A DNA stretch of 62,149 nucleotides from Candidatus Spyradenecus sp. (GTDB lineage Bacteria > Verrucomicrobiota > Kiritimatiellia > RFP12 > DVOR01): contig JBJEVY010000076.1 of the NCBI GenBank assembly GCA_051884775.1, positions 1 to 62,149 of the forward strand, read 5' to 3'. The notes beneath the pieces were generated by a model. It saw only the letters and a list, made by a program, of their open reading frames with translations, did no database searches and was not told the DNA's origin. Positions within the stretch are counted from its first letter, which is position 1. Each line of letters begins with the position of its first letter. Below are positions 9,413 through 19,252 of the stretch, piece after piece. A program made the translations under genes and the position numbers.

Positions 9413-10609
9413 TTAGCCTCGCAAGAAGGACTTAAAGCGCGCAAAGAGCGACTGGCTTGGCGCGGCTTGGGAGAGGAGCATCTGCCGCCACTTGAGCAGC
9501 CCGAGCACGGTGGCCTGACGGTAGGGCGCATTGGTCATCTCCTTGGGCAGTTGCGTAAAGCCAGCCGGCACGCCGAGGAGGCACGGCAGTGAAAAGATGG
9601 CCGAAACACGTTCAGTGATGAGCGGCAAACTCGCCGTGCCGCCGGTGAGTACCACCTGGTGGACATGTGGCAGTACGCCGCGCTCAACGAGTTCGTTCCG
9701 AATAATGTTCAAGGTCTCGTCCACGCGCTCGGTCAGCACCGTTTGGATGGCGTGGACGGAGAAGGAGCGGTTGGCGGTGGCGAACTTGGTGGCCACGGCA
9801 TAGCGCTCGTGGGCAATGTCGGGCTGAATCATCGCCGCACCGCGCTCGAGCTTCATCTCCTCGGCTTGGGCTTGGGAGACATTGAAGGCCAAGGCCAAGT
9901 CGTTGGTCAGATGGAAGCCGCCAACGCCTAAGGTGACGGCTGCGGCCACCACACCATTGCAGAAGGCGATGACATCCACTGTGCCGGCTCCAAAGTCGAT
10001 GACAATCGTGCCGCTTTCGCGGGCCTTGCGATCGAGCACAGCCATTGCGGCAGCCAGGGCCGAGAAGGTAAGGTCTGCCACGCGCATCCCGGCACGTTGA
10101 ACGGCGGTATAGACGGCTTCAACGGCGGCACTGGGCGCGGTGAGTTCCAGGACATTGGCCACGAGGTCTGTGCCACTCATCCCAATGGGGTTGTTGACTG
10201 GCTGCCCATTGACCTCGTAGCGCTGTTGGAAGCGTTGGAGAACGCGCTCGGCGGCATCGGGTGAATCGAGCGAGCCGGCGTTTTGTTCGGCATCTTCCAC
10301 ATCGGCGCGCTCAATAGGGTGGCCAGCCAGAAGGGACTTTCGCCCGGTGCGCGCGATATCCTTGATGGCACCGGCCGAGAAGCTGACGCTTACATCATAG
10401 AGCTCAATGTGATGGCGTTCCTTCATCTCGCGCCCAAGGTTGCGCACGCTCTTGCTCACCTCGTCCAAATCACGAATGACGCCCTTCTTTACGCCGGTGG
10501 TTTGCGCCTCCAGGCAGGCCTCCACAGCCAGATTTCCATCGACATATTCACCGGCCACAAGGCGTGTGGTCTGCGTTCCGATGTCGAGTGCACCAAGGTA
10601 GGTCTTCAT
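9413..10609 (-). CDS. ftsA: Cell division protein FtsA
   Basis: ALDIGT, GVKKGVI, IDFGAGT, GGFHLTNDL and VLTGGTA motifs; C-terminal amphipathic LFARFKSFL. Confidence 0.92.
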   Translation of the reverse strand: MKTYLGALDIGTQTTRLVAGEYVDGNLAVEACLEAQTTGVKKGVIRDLDEVSKSVRNLGREMKERHHIELYDVSVSFSAGAIKDIARTGRKSLLAGHPIERADVEDAEQNAGSLDSPDAAERVLQRFQQRYEVNGQPVNNPIGMSGTDLVANVLELTAPSAAVEAVYTAVQRAGMRVADLTFSALAAAMAVLDRKARESGTIVIDFGAGTVDVIAFCNGVVAAAVTLGVGGFHLTNDLALAFNVSQAQAEEMKLERGAAMIQPDIAHERYAVATKFATANRSFSVHAIQTVLTERVDETLNIIRNELVERGVLPHVHQVVLTGGTASLPLITERVSAIFSLPCLLGVPAGFTQLPKEMTNAPYRQATVLGLLKWRQMLLSQAAPSQSLFARFKSFLRG

Positions 10610-10620
10610 CGTCAATTCCT

Positions 10621-11496
10621 TTAATCCGAGACGGCGATGCGGCCTTCAGCCATCGCGTTGAAGTGGCGTTTGCCGCTCAAGAGGGGGTCGCGCAAGAGCT
10701 TGGCCAATTGCTCCAGCCGCTTGAGCATCCCATCAGAAAAGCCCGTTTCATCGCTCATGCCATCCCAGGCAATCTCAATCTTCCGCCCGTCGTAGAGCGA
10801 GATGAGCAGGCCGTCATCAGGATGCGAACCGAGCATCGTGATTCGCCGGATGCGGCTAGGGAGACGGTAAGTCGGCTCGGTGCTGGCGCCAATCAGATGA
10901 AGCATACACTTGAGGTTCTCTTGCAAGCGCATGCCGGGCTCAATCTCCTCTGGCAGGTCAAAGCCGCTAATCTCCGGGTAGCCTTCGCGTGAATTGGGGT
11001 AGGTGAAGAAGATCCCCTCTTCATCCACCGCCAAGGGTAATTGGCCATTGGCTAGACGTGCAATCGGGGTGCGCTCCTCCACCCATACCTCCAACCCCTT
11101 GCCCGGCTCATAGGTCATCTGAACCTGCTTAATTAGCGGCATCTGCGTCTGCAACCGCTTGACGAGATCCGACTTGACCAACTCAAATCCGTTGACCGGC
11201 TTGGTCAGCCCAAAGAGGTCCAATAGATACTCGCGCGAGAGCACCGAGTTGCCGTGGATTTCAATTCGGCGCGGATCGATGGTGAAGGCAGCGTTCTTCA
11301 GGTAGTAGTGTTTGTCGAGCAGGTGCGTGCCCCAGATGACCAGGAAAAGCGAGACAATGTAGAAGCCATAACGCCATAGAAAGGGCGTGGAGGCCGCAAG
11401 CATTCGCTCCAGCCGCTCGCGTGCCGGAGAAACTTTCTTGCGTCGGCTTTTGGTCGATGCGGGTAATGGAGCTCCAAATCCTAACTTGTCGTCCAT
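10621..11496 (-). CDS. ftsQ: Cell division protein FtsQ/DivIB-like
   Basis: Single N-terminal TM helix, POTRA-like IEIHGN..LS..VEERTPIA, position between ddl and ftsA. Confidence 0.75.
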   Translation of the reverse strand: MDDKLGFGAPLPASTKSRRKKVSPARERLERMLAASTPFLWRYGFYIVSLFLVIWGTHLLDKHYYLKNAAFTIDPRRIEIHGNSVLSREYLLDLFGLTKPVNGFELVKSDLVKRLQTQMPLIKQVQMTYEPGKGLEVWVEERTPIARLANGQLPLAVDEEGIFFTYPNSREGYPEISGFDLPEEIEPGMRLQENLKCMLHLIGASTEPTYRLPSRIRRITMLGSHPDDGLLISLYDGRKIEIAWDGMSDETGFSDGMLKRLEQLAKLLRDPLLSGKRHFNAMAEGRIAVSD

Positions 11497-11506
11497 ACGC
11501 CCGGCC

Positions 11507-12403
11507 TCAATCGCACTGCGCCCCTTCAATCAATTCCGCGCACAGTTGCGCAAAGGGCTTTCCCGCCCGCGCAGCCGCATCAGGCAGCAAACTGGTGGCC
11601 GTACAGCCCGGCGCAGTGTTAATCTCCAGAATGTAGGCTTCGCCCTCAGGCGTAACGCGGAAGTCGATTCGCACCGCTCCTCGGCAAGCGGTGGCGGCAT
11701 AGGCCTGTTCGGCCAAGCGCTGCACCTTCGCCGTCAGCGCATCCTCTGGCGGATAAACATGCTTGGAGACCCCGGCGGCGTACTTTGCATGAAAGTCGTA
11801 CCAGCCATTGGGCGCCTGGATCTCAAGCACCGGTAGCGCCTTGCCGTTGACCACACCCACTGCCCACTCACGCCCGGGAATGTACACTTCCGCCAAAGCC
11901 TCCCCTGCGGCATCCTGCGCGCACGCTAGGCGAACGGCCTCAGCCCACTGCCCAGGTTCCGTCACCTTTGAGAGCCCCACGCTCGACCCATCGCGCGGCG
12001 GTTTGACCACTGCCGGCAGCGGCAATGGACACGGCTTCTCCGCTTCCGCTGCCGTCAAAACGCACCCCTGCGGCACGGATAGCCCCGCCTTGGCTAGAAC
12101 CTCCTTGGTGGCCACCTTATCCATACAGAGCGCACTTGTGTGCGCACCCGGGCCGGTGTAGGGCAGTTTGAGCGCGTCCAACGCAGCCTGAATGCCGCCA
12201 CCCTCGCCATAGCCGCCATGCAACGCAATGAAGACCGCCTCAACATCGCGCGGCACTTCATCGGCGCTGTCCTTCGTCAGTCGCGCCTCAACCACATCAA
12301 ACCCAGCCTCCTGGAGCGCCGCGGAAACCGCCGCCCCGGACTTTAGGGAAATCTCTGCCTCATGGGATGTTCCACCCATAACCACTGCAACTCGTTTCTT
12401 CAT
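11507..12403 (-). CDS. ddl: D-alanine--D-alanine ligase
   Basis: MGGTSHEAEISLKSG, LHGGYGE, GSSVG, YDFHAKY, RIDF and EINTAPG motifs. Start set at ATG 12403. Confidence 0.95.
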   Translation of the reverse strand: MKKRVAVVMGGTSHEAEISLKSGAAVSAALQEAGFDVVEARLTKDSADEVPRDVEAVFIALHGGYGEGGGIQAALDALKLPYTGPGAHTSALCMDKVATKEVLAKAGLSVPQGCVLTAAEAEKPCPLPLPAVVKPPRDGSSVGLSKVTEPGQWAEAVRLACAQDAAGEALAEVYIPGREWAVGVVNGKALPVLEIQAPNGWYDFHAKYAAGVSKHVYPPEDALTAKVQRLAEQAYAATACRGAVRIDFRVTPEGEAYILEINTAPGCTATSLLPDAAARAGKPFAQLCAELIEGAQCD

Positions 12404-12574
12404 TGCAATATCCTTGCCATAAACGCCCGTCATTCTATCACAATCCGTAATTGCTTGCCGATCCCCCTTGCGCTGAATCAGATGAACGACACGCCTGGCC
12501 GACCTTCTGGCTTTAAGTCGCCTTACCTGCGTTTTCGGAGCAATGTCGGGATAAGAACGGGGCTTGCCGCTTGC

Positions 12575-12749
12575 GTACCCCAATTGGGGTACCGACCATT
12601 CCCCAATTGGGGTACTGACCATTCCCCAATTGGGGTACCACACACATCCGCCCGAGGGGCAACTTGAGCTTGCGGCGGAAGCAACCAATAAGTCCGGGAC
12701 TTATCGGCAATAAGTCTGGGACTTACCGGCAATAAGTCCGGGACTTATT
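12575..12749. repeat. Bipartite palindrome-array element, copy 1
   Basis: 3x CCCCAATTGGGGTAC at 12578/12601/12624 (23-bp period); 49-bp linker; 3x AATAAGTCYGGGACTTA at 12687/12709/12731 (22-bp period). Confidence 0.92.
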
Positions 12750-12935
12750 TGTTTGAATAGCCCCTAGTTGCAGTCGAAGTCGCCCTGAGTGGAGATTGAT
12801 ATGGCCTCTCGTAGAGATTTCTTGACGCGCTTCGCGCGCGCGTGCGCGCGTTTAGATATGTAAGGAGCTCGCAGATGGTTCGTTGCGTTCAGGGATATGC
12901 GAGCGGGGTGGGGAGGGTTTTGGTATGATAGCGGT

Positions 12936-14189
12936 ATGAAGTTTTCGATGTTTTTGGCGCTTAAGTATCTTCGCCCTACGCGCGGGGTGGCTTCAGTCGT
13001 GACGCTTCTGTCGGTGTTGGGGGTGACGATTGGGGTGGCGATTGTGATTATTGTGCGGGCGGTGTTCACGGGCTTTGGGGACACGTGGCAGCAGAAGATT
13101 TTGGCCTTTAAGCCGCATATTGTGATTCAGGCGGCGAATCGGCAGCCATTGGTGGGGGAAGAGGGAATGTGCCGGGCGTTGGAGCAGATTCCGGGGGTAG
13201 AGGCAACGTCGCCAAGTATCGAGACGCGGGTGTTGGCGGAGTATAATGGGCGGATTTTGGCGCCGATTCTCTTGGGAGTGGATAGCGAGCGGGTGCAGAA
13301 GATGTTGCCCTTTGAGATGTGGAATGGGCGCTTTGATGTGAGTGGCGAGGGGGTGGTTATCGGCATTGATATGGCCGCGCGATTGATGGTGGGGGTGAAT
13401 GATGAGTTGATGGTCTATTCTCCGATGAACTTGGTCAAGCGCGACGAGATTTATTTCCCCGAGCGGCTGACGGTGCGGGGGATTTATCGGACGGGGCAGG
13501 CTGAGTTTGACGGCGGGTATCTCTTTGTGTCGCTGCCGGTGGCGCGGGATTTGGCGGGGGTGGAGATTGGCGCGAACAGCATTTCGTTGCGGGTGGCCGA
13601 TCCGCAGGCGCTCTCGCCCTTTTCGTTGCAGCCCGACCCGCTCTTGGCACAGGTGCGCGAGGTGGTGCAAGCGCGTTCGCCAATCCGGGCGCTGACGATT
13701 AGCACCTGGCAGCAGCTTGACCGCCTAATCTTTAATGCGGTGGCCACGGAGAAGAATATGATGACATTGCTGCTGATCTTTATTAGCGTGGTGGCCATCT
13801 TCTGCGTGGTGAATACGATTATCGTGATTACGGTGCAAAAGACACACGAGATTGGGCTGCTCAAGGCGTTGGGGTTCTCGACGCGGCAGTTAACGATGAC
13901 CTTTGTTTGTTACGGCTGGATTCAGTGTGTGGTGGGGACGGCGCTGGGAGTGGGGTTGGCCTTCTTGGTGTTGCATAATCTGCAGAACCTGGTGGCGATG
14001 CTGGCGCACTGCGGGGTGGAGGTCTTCCCGAAGGCGGTGTACGGTCTGGATGCGTTGCCGTGGCGCGTGGAGGCGCTGGAAGTGGCGCAGGTGGTGGTGA
14101 TGGTGGTGGGCTTTTGTGCCCTCTCTTCGCTGTTGCCGGCGTGGCGCGCGGCCGCGATGAACCCTGTTGATGCCTTGCGCAAGGAGTAA
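12936..14189 (+). CDS. lolC: Lipoprotein-releasing ABC transporter permease (LolC/E family)
   Basis: LALKYLRP, GVTIGVA, PHIVI, K..EIGLLKALG and PAWRAA..NPVDALR motifs. Start set at ATG 12936. Confidence 0.85.
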   Translation: MKFSMFLALKYLRPTRGVASVVTLLSVLGVTIGVAIVIIVRAVFTGFGDTWQQKILAFKPHIVIQAANRQPLVGEEGMCRALEQIPGVEATSPSIETRVLAEYNGRILAPILLGVDSERVQKMLPFEMWNGRFDVSGEGVVIGIDMAARLMVGVNDELMVYSPMNLVKRDEIYFPERLTVRGIYRTGQAEFDGGYLFVSLPVARDLAGVEIGANSISLRVADPQALSPFSLQPDPLLAQVREVVQARSPIRALTISTWQQLDRLIFNAVATEKNMMTLLLIFISVVAIFCVVNTIIVITVQKTHEIGLLKALGFSTRQLTMTFVCYGWIQCVVGTALGVGLAFLVLHNLQNLVAMLAHCGVEVFPKAVYGLDALPWRVEALEVAQVVVMVVGFCALSSLLPAWRAAAMNPVDALRKE

Positions 14190-14193
14190 GCCG

Positions 14194-14880
14194 ATGTCTA
14201 CCCAATCCCCGGCCCTCGTGGCCACTGGTTTGTGCAAAGCCTACACGCTTCACGGTAAGCGCCTGGAGATTCTGCAGCAGGCGGATTTCTCGGCAGAACG
14301 CGGCGAGACGGTGGCAATCGTTGGCCGTAGCGGCGCAGGGAAGTCGACCTTGCTGCATGTGTTGGGCGGGTTGGATCGCCCGGCGGCGGGTGAGGTGTGG
14401 GTGGAGGGACAGCCGCTCTATGGGCTTTCGGCCCGGCGTCGGACGCGGTTGCGCGCTGAGCGTGTGGGTTTTGTCTTTCAGGCGTATCATCTGTTGCCGG
14501 AGATGGATATTGCCGAGAATGTGATGTTGCCGGCGATGGCTTTGGGGCGGCTCTCCGCCAAGCAAATGCGCGCGCGGGCTGAGGCTTTGCTCTCGCGCGT
14601 GGGGCTCACGGAGCGCCTGCGTCACACGCCATTGGAGCTTTCCGGCGGGGAGCAGCAGCGTGCGGCGATTGCCCGGGCGTTGATGAATGAGCCGCCGCTG
14701 ATCCTCGCCGATGAGCCGACCGGGAACCTGGATGCCAAGACCGGCGAGATGGTTCTGGAGCTGCTCTTCGACCTGGTGCGCGAGCAAAATGCCCTCTTGG
14801 TGATGGTGACGCACAACCCGGAGACGGCTGCGCGCTGTAGCCGCGTGCTGACATTGGTCGATGGCAAGTTGCAGGCCTAA
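14194..14880 (+). CDS. lolD: ABC transporter ATP-binding protein (LolD)
   Basis: GRSGAGKS, LSGGEQQR, ADEPTGNLD and VTHN motifs; follows lolC/E. Confidence 0.88.
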   Translation: MSTQSPALVATGLCKAYTLHGKRLEILQQADFSAERGETVAIVGRSGAGKSTLLHVLGGLDRPAAGEVWVEGQPLYGLSARRRTRLRAERVGFVFQAYHLLPEMDIAENVMLPAMALGRLSAKQMRARAEALLSRVGLTERLRHTPLELSGGEQQRAAIARALMNEPPLILADEPTGNLDAKTGEMVLELLFDLVREQNALLVMVTHNPETAARCSRVLTLVDGKLQA

Positions 14881-14885
14881 GCGCG

Positions 14886-16217
14886 ATGGCCGAGCCACGG
14901 AACAAGCGTAAAGCGAAGTCCTCGCAGTCTGCCAAGGTGGTCGAGCGGCCGGTTGGCGGTGGGGGGTGGCTGCTCTTCGCGCTGATGGTGTGCGTGGGGG
15001 CGGCGGCCTTTCCGGTGGCGATGACGCGCCTGAGCAGCGATGCATTGACGCCCGGGGCCTTCTTTGCCCCGCTTGTGGGATGGTTTGCGACGGCGCTGCT
15101 TTCGTTGTGGGTAACGCGGCCAAGCCGGTTTGGCGGGGACCGCCTTGTCGTGGCGCTGACGCTTCTGTTGTTTGGGCTGGGCATTGTTGAGCAATGGCGT
15201 TTGGGGACATGGGTTGAAGCGTGGCACGCCTGGCGGGCCTATCTGCCGCTTATGGGGGGCGTAGTCGGGTGGCTCTTCTGCCTGCGGTGGTTGAATGCGG
15301 AGCGGTTGGCCGCGCTTTTGCCGCGGGTGCAGTGGCTCTGCTGGCTGGGGGCGCTGGGGGTGTTGGTAGCGTTGCGGCTCTTCGGGCGGAGTTATCGCGG
15401 GGGAATGTTCCTGCCGGGGCAAATCAACCCCACTGAGTTGGTGAAGGTGCTCTTGGTGGCCTTTACGGCTGCCTGGTTGCCGGCGCGGACCGAGGCGCTG
15501 TCGCGGGTGGTGGCGGGGGTGCCGGTACCGCCGTTGAAGGAGGCGTTGGCCCTGGCTGTGTTGTGGGGGGTGCCGCTGGCCGGCGCGGTGGCTGTGCGTG
15601 ACTTGGGGCTGGTTCTAATCTTGTGCTTGACGCTGATGTTGATGCTCTGCGTGGCCACGCGGCGGCTGGGGTGGTTAGTAGTGGGGTTGGGCGCGGCCGC
15701 GGCGGCGGGGTGGGGGATTCGCTTCCTCTCGGCGCATAGCGCGGTCCGATTCGCCGTCTGGCTCGACCCCTTTCAGGATCCCACGGGCAAGGGTTGGCAG
15801 ATTGGTCAGAGCCTCTGTGCGCAGTTCGCCGGGGGGCTGTGGGGGAGCGGTTTGGGCGAAGGGATGCCCGGAACGGTCCCGATTGTGACCAGTGACTTTG
15901 TCTATGCCGCCTTGGCCGAAGAGTGGGGGCTCATTGGCTGCGCGTTGGTGTTGGTGGCCTTCTGGCTCTGGATTTGGCGAAGTTCCCGGGCGATGGAGGC
16001 GACGGTGCTCCCATCGTGCCGCCTGTTGGGGCTGGGGTTGACGGCCTTGATGGGCGTGCAGCTGGTGCTGAATATTGGGGGCGTGACTAAGGCCTTGCCG
16101 ATGACGGGCATTACGCTGCCCTTCTTCTCGCAGGGAGGCTTCTCGCTCCTGACCTCGCTTCTGCTCTGCGGTTTGGTCTGTGCGTGCACGAACTGCGCGC
16201 ACGACCGTGCGCGCTAA
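14886..16217 (+). CDS. FtsW/RodA/SpoVE SEDS-family protein
   Basis: Multi-TM; INPTELVK, DLG, WLDP, GWQ..QS, SDFV...AEEWG, LPMTGITLPFFSQGG motifs. Confidence 0.9.
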   Translation: MAEPRNKRKAKSSQSAKVVERPVGGGGWLLFALMVCVGAAAFPVAMTRLSSDALTPGAFFAPLVGWFATALLSLWVTRPSRFGGDRLVVALTLLLFGLGIVEQWRLGTWVEAWHAWRAYLPLMGGVVGWLFCLRWLNAERLAALLPRVQWLCWLGALGVLVALRLFGRSYRGGMFLPGQINPTELVKVLLVAFTAAWLPARTEALSRVVAGVPVPPLKEALALAVLWGVPLAGAVAVRDLGLVLILCLTLMLMLCVATRRLGWLVVGLGAAAAAGWGIRFLSAHSAVRFAVWLDPFQDPTGKGWQIGQSLCAQFAGGLWGSGLGEGMPGTVPIVTSDFVYAALAEEWGLIGCALVLVAFWLWIWRSSRAMEATVLPSCRLLGLGLTALMGVQLVLNIGGVTKALPMTGITLPFFSQGGFSLLTSLLLCGLVCACTNCAHDRAR

Positions 16218-16357
16218 GCCGACAGCTGACAGCCGACAGCTGACAGCGCTGGCGCTCGATATGACTCTCCCGTCTGAGCCGTTGAAGCATATTCGTTAGA
16301 CCATAGGTTGGTCCGTCGCGTGAGCGGCTGTCCGCTGTCCGCTGACGGCTGTCGGCT
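16217..16357. repeat. Heptamer-armed REP-like inverted repeat (E1) between convergent genes
   Basis: (GCYGACA)x4 ... TCCGTCGCG ... inverted (GCTGTCS/GCTGACG)x4; starts at the SEDS gene stop codon. Confidence 0.75.
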
Positions 16358-16361
16358 AAAC

Positions 16362-18293
16362 TCAGTACATCCCGTAGCGTTTGGAGACGAGGCTCTCGGG
16401 GAGGGCCTTGACGAAACGCGAGGGCTTGAGGTAGAGCCGCTCGCCGGAGCGCGGGTTGAAGCGGTAGGAGGGGGTGCAGAGCAGAAGCGAGCGCTTGGCG
16501 CGCGTGACGGCCACGTAAAAGAGCCGCCGCTCCTCGGCTTCGTTACCCTCTTTGATAGCACGCGCCGAAGGGAAGAGGTCTTCATTGCACCACAGGATGA
16601 TGACGGCCGGCCACTCGAGGCCCTTGGCCTGGTGGACGGTGGAGAGGTGTAGGCCGGGGCGGTCAGCGAGGGCCTGGGCGGACTCCGCATCGACGTTGGT
16701 CATCAGGGCTACATCGTAGAGGAATTGGCCGACGCTCTGGTTCTTGCCGAACTGCGAGGCCAGGGCCGCGAGGTCTTCAATGCGCTCTTCGGCATTCTCG
16801 TAGGCACGATGGAGGTAGCGATCGTACCACGCATCCTGGAAGAGCGTGACCGCCTTGCTGCCGTTGAACTCGAGGTTTTCTTCCTGATAGCGCCCGAGGA
16901 TGGCATCGAGCACCTCCCAGTCGGGGCGGGCCTTCTTGGGCATCAGTGTCAGGAGCGCCTGGCGGTCGGGCGGCTGGGTGGCATCGAAGCGCTCGCCGAG
17001 TTTGGCCCAGAGCTTCTCGGCAGTCTTGGGGCCAACGCCGGGCAAGAGCCCCATCACCCGGGTGAAGGCGAAGAGATCTGCCGTGCCTGAACAGAGGCGG
17101 AGGAAGGAGACGGTGTCCTTGACATGGGCGCTGTCGTAGAAGCCCTGGCCGGAGGTGAGAACGTAGTCGATTTGCAGCCGGCGCAGCTCGGTCTCCAACT
17201 CCATCACGTGGTAGTGCGAGCGGTAGAGGATGGCAATGTCGGTGGGCGCAAGGCCGTCGGCCAAGAGGCGCTGGACCTGGCGGATAACCATCTGGGATTG
17301 CTCGGAGGCGTCGCGTAGGAAGGTCAAGAGAGGCTTGACCCCGGCGGCCGGGCGCGTCGGTAGGAGCGTCTTCTGGAACTGCTCGGGGTTGCCGGCAATC
17401 ACGTCGTTGGCCACCGAGAGAATCTCCGGAACCGAACGGTAATTGCGCTCGAGTTTGATAATCTGGCAGCCCGCCCAACGCTTCGGGAAGTCCATAATAT
17501 TACGGAAGTCGGCTCCGCGCCAGGTGTAGATGCACTGAAAGTCGTCGCCCACGGCCATCAAGTTGCGGTGGTGCGAAGCGAGCAGGTCGACGATCTGCGA
17601 CTGGATGGTGTTCGTGTCCTGGTACTCATCCACCAAAATATAGCGGAAGCGTTCGGCGTAGCGAGCGAGGACCTCCGGAGCCTGGCGCAGGAGTTTGAGC
17701 GTGTTGGTCAAGAGGTCGTCGAAGTCCATCGCGTTGGCCGCACGCTTATCGGCCTGATAGCGTTCGGCCACGGCCACAATCTGCTCGGGGGAGGCGCCAG
17801 TCTCCAAGGAGAGGGCGGCGGCCTCGGCGGCCAGGTCGCCCTCGGTGTTGGCCACCTTGCCGATAAGGGCGGCCATCACATCCTTCTTAGGGAACTCTTT
17901 GACATTGCTGACCAGGGCCTTGATGGCCTTGTTGATGAGCGAGAGGGAGTCCTCGCGATCGAGAATAACGAAGGAGCGCGTATACCCCAAGCGCTCGGCA
18001 TAGACGCGCAGGATGCGGTGGCAGACGTGGTGAAAGGTGCCCGACCAGAGGGTGGCAATGGCGGGGCCAACCAACTGTTCGGCGCGCTCAAGCATCTCAC
18101 GGGCCGCGCGGTTGGTAAAGGTGAGCAGGAGGATGTTCTCCGGGCGGACACCATTTTCCATCAAGTAGGCCACGCGGTAGGTCAGGGTTCGCGTCTTACC
18201 GGTGCCGGCCGCGGCCAGGACGAGGAGCGGACCATCGGGTGCGGTGACCGCAGCACACTGTTCGGGATTGAGGAGCGAGGCCCAGTTGGTCAT
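16362..18293 (-). CDS. pcrA: UvrD/PcrA/Rep ATP-dependent DNA helicase
   Basis: LAAAGTGKT, TFTNRAA, VDEYQD, VGDDFQCIY, NYRS, TVHQAKGLEW and EERRLFYVAVTRA motifs. Confidence 0.92.
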   Translation of the reverse strand: MTNWASLLNPEQCAAVTAPDGPLLVLAAAGTGKTRTLTYRVAYLMENGVRPENILLLTFTNRAAREMLERAEQLVGPAIATLWSGTFHHVCHRILRVYAERLGYTRSFVILDREDSLSLINKAIKALVSNVKEFPKKDVMAALIGKVANTEGDLAAEAAALSLETGASPEQIVAVAERYQADKRAANAMDFDDLLTNTLKLLRQAPEVLARYAERFRYILVDEYQDTNTIQSQIVDLLASHHRNLMAVGDDFQCIYTWRGADFRNIMDFPKRWAGCQIIKLERNYRSVPEILSVANDVIAGNPEQFQKTLLPTRPAAGVKPLLTFLRDASEQSQMVIRQVQRLLADGLAPTDIAILYRSHYHVMELETELRRLQIDYVLTSGQGFYDSAHVKDTVSFLRLCSGTADLFAFTRVMGLLPGVGPKTAEKLWAKLGERFDATQPPDRQALLTLMPKKARPDWEVLDAILGRYQEENLEFNGSKAVTLFQDAWYDRYLHRAYENAEERIEDLAALASQFGKNQSVGQFLYDVALMTNVDAESAQALADRPGLHLSTVHQAKGLEWPAVIILWCNEDLFPSARAIKEGNEAEERRLFYVAVTRAKRSLLLCTPSYRFNPRSGERLYLKPSRFVKALPESLVSKRYGMY

Positions 18294-19252
18294 AAGGTTT
18301 CTCGAAAGTAGGCAATAGTTCTGGCTAACCCCTCGGCCAGAGGGATGCGCGGCTGCCAGTCCAGAAGTTCCGTGGCCCAGGCGATGTCTGGCTTTCGGCG
18401 CTTGGGGTCATCGGCGGGAAGGGGCTTAAAGGCAAAGGTTGAACGGCTCTCGGGCAGAAGCGCCAAGACGGTCTGGGCGATGTCGGCGATGGTGTATTCC
18501 TCAGGATTGCCCAGATTGAGCACGGGCACGGCGAGCCCCCGGGGCGCGAAGAAGTCCTCCAGCTGCGTGCGTTCGGCCTGCAGATAACGCTCGAAGGCCC
18601 GCAAAAGGTCTTCAACGAATTGGCACGAGCGCGTCTGTTCTCCCCGCCCATAGAGCGTCAGCGGCTCGTTGCGCAGCGCCTGCAGAATGAAGTTGGAGAT
18701 GACGCGCCCGTCCTGCGGATCCATCCACGGTCCGTAGGTGTTGAAGATGCGCACCAATCGCACATCCACGCCGAACTTGCGCCGATATTCCAGCGCCAAT
18801 GTCTCGGCCGCACGCTTGCCCTCGTCGTAACAACTGCGGATGCCTAGCGGGTTGACGTGGCCCCAATACCCCTCCGGCTGCGGATGGACCTGCGGGTCGC
18901 CATAGACTTCGCTGGTCGAGGCGATGAGCACACGCGCACCGCAGCGCCGAGCCACTTCAAGCACCTGGCGCGTACCATCAAAGGCCGTGGTCAGCGTGAA
19001 GAGGCCATCAGCTTGATAGTGCGGGGGCGAGGCTGGGCAGGCTAGGTGGAAGATCCAATCGTAGTCACCCGGAATCGGTTCGCGAACCTCCCGATCCAAT
19101 AACTCGACCGCCAGCCCGTCTAGATTTCCCCGCAGCCCGGTCCGAAAGTTATCAAGGACGGTTACGCGATGGCCGCGCGCCAAGAGGAAGCGCGTGAGGT
19201 TCGCACCAATGAAGCCGGCGCCACCGGTAATGAGGATGCGCAGGGTCATCAC
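18290..19252 (-). CDS. UDP-glucuronic acid decarboxylase family (NAD-dependent epimerase/dehydratase)
   Basis: TGGAGFIG, HLACPASP, ASTSEVYGDP, CYDEGKR, RIFNTYGP and DDPKRRKPDI motifs. Confidence 0.92.
   Translation of the reverse strand: MMTLRILITGGAGFIGANLTRFLLARGHRVTVLDNFRTGLRGNLDGLAVELLDREVREPIPGDYDWIFHLACPASPPHYQADGLFTLTTAFDGTRQVLEVARRCGARVLIASTSEVYGDPQVHPQPEGYWGHVNPLGIRSCYDEGKRAAETLALEYRRKFGVDVRLVRIFNTYGPWMDPQDGRVISNFILQALRNEPLTLYGRGEQTRSCQFVEDLLRAFERYLQAERTQLEDFFAPRGLAVPVLNLGNPEEYTIADIAQTVLALLPESRSTFAFKPLPADDPKRRKPDIAWATELLDWQPRIPLAEGLARTIAYFRETL

Noticed and set aside
12362-12732. Short ORFs with PNWG/PQLG/PIG motifs (also 33443-33873) and the long N-terminal extensions of ddl and lepA
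   Set aside because: These are translations of the DNA palindromes. The 23-bp period shifts frame each unit, and better starts with promoters lie downstream.
12575-12749. CRISPR array interpretation of the palindrome arrays (also 33688-33908)
   Set aside because: Inter-repeat segments are only ~3-8 nt, periods are 22-23 bp, and no cas genes are present.
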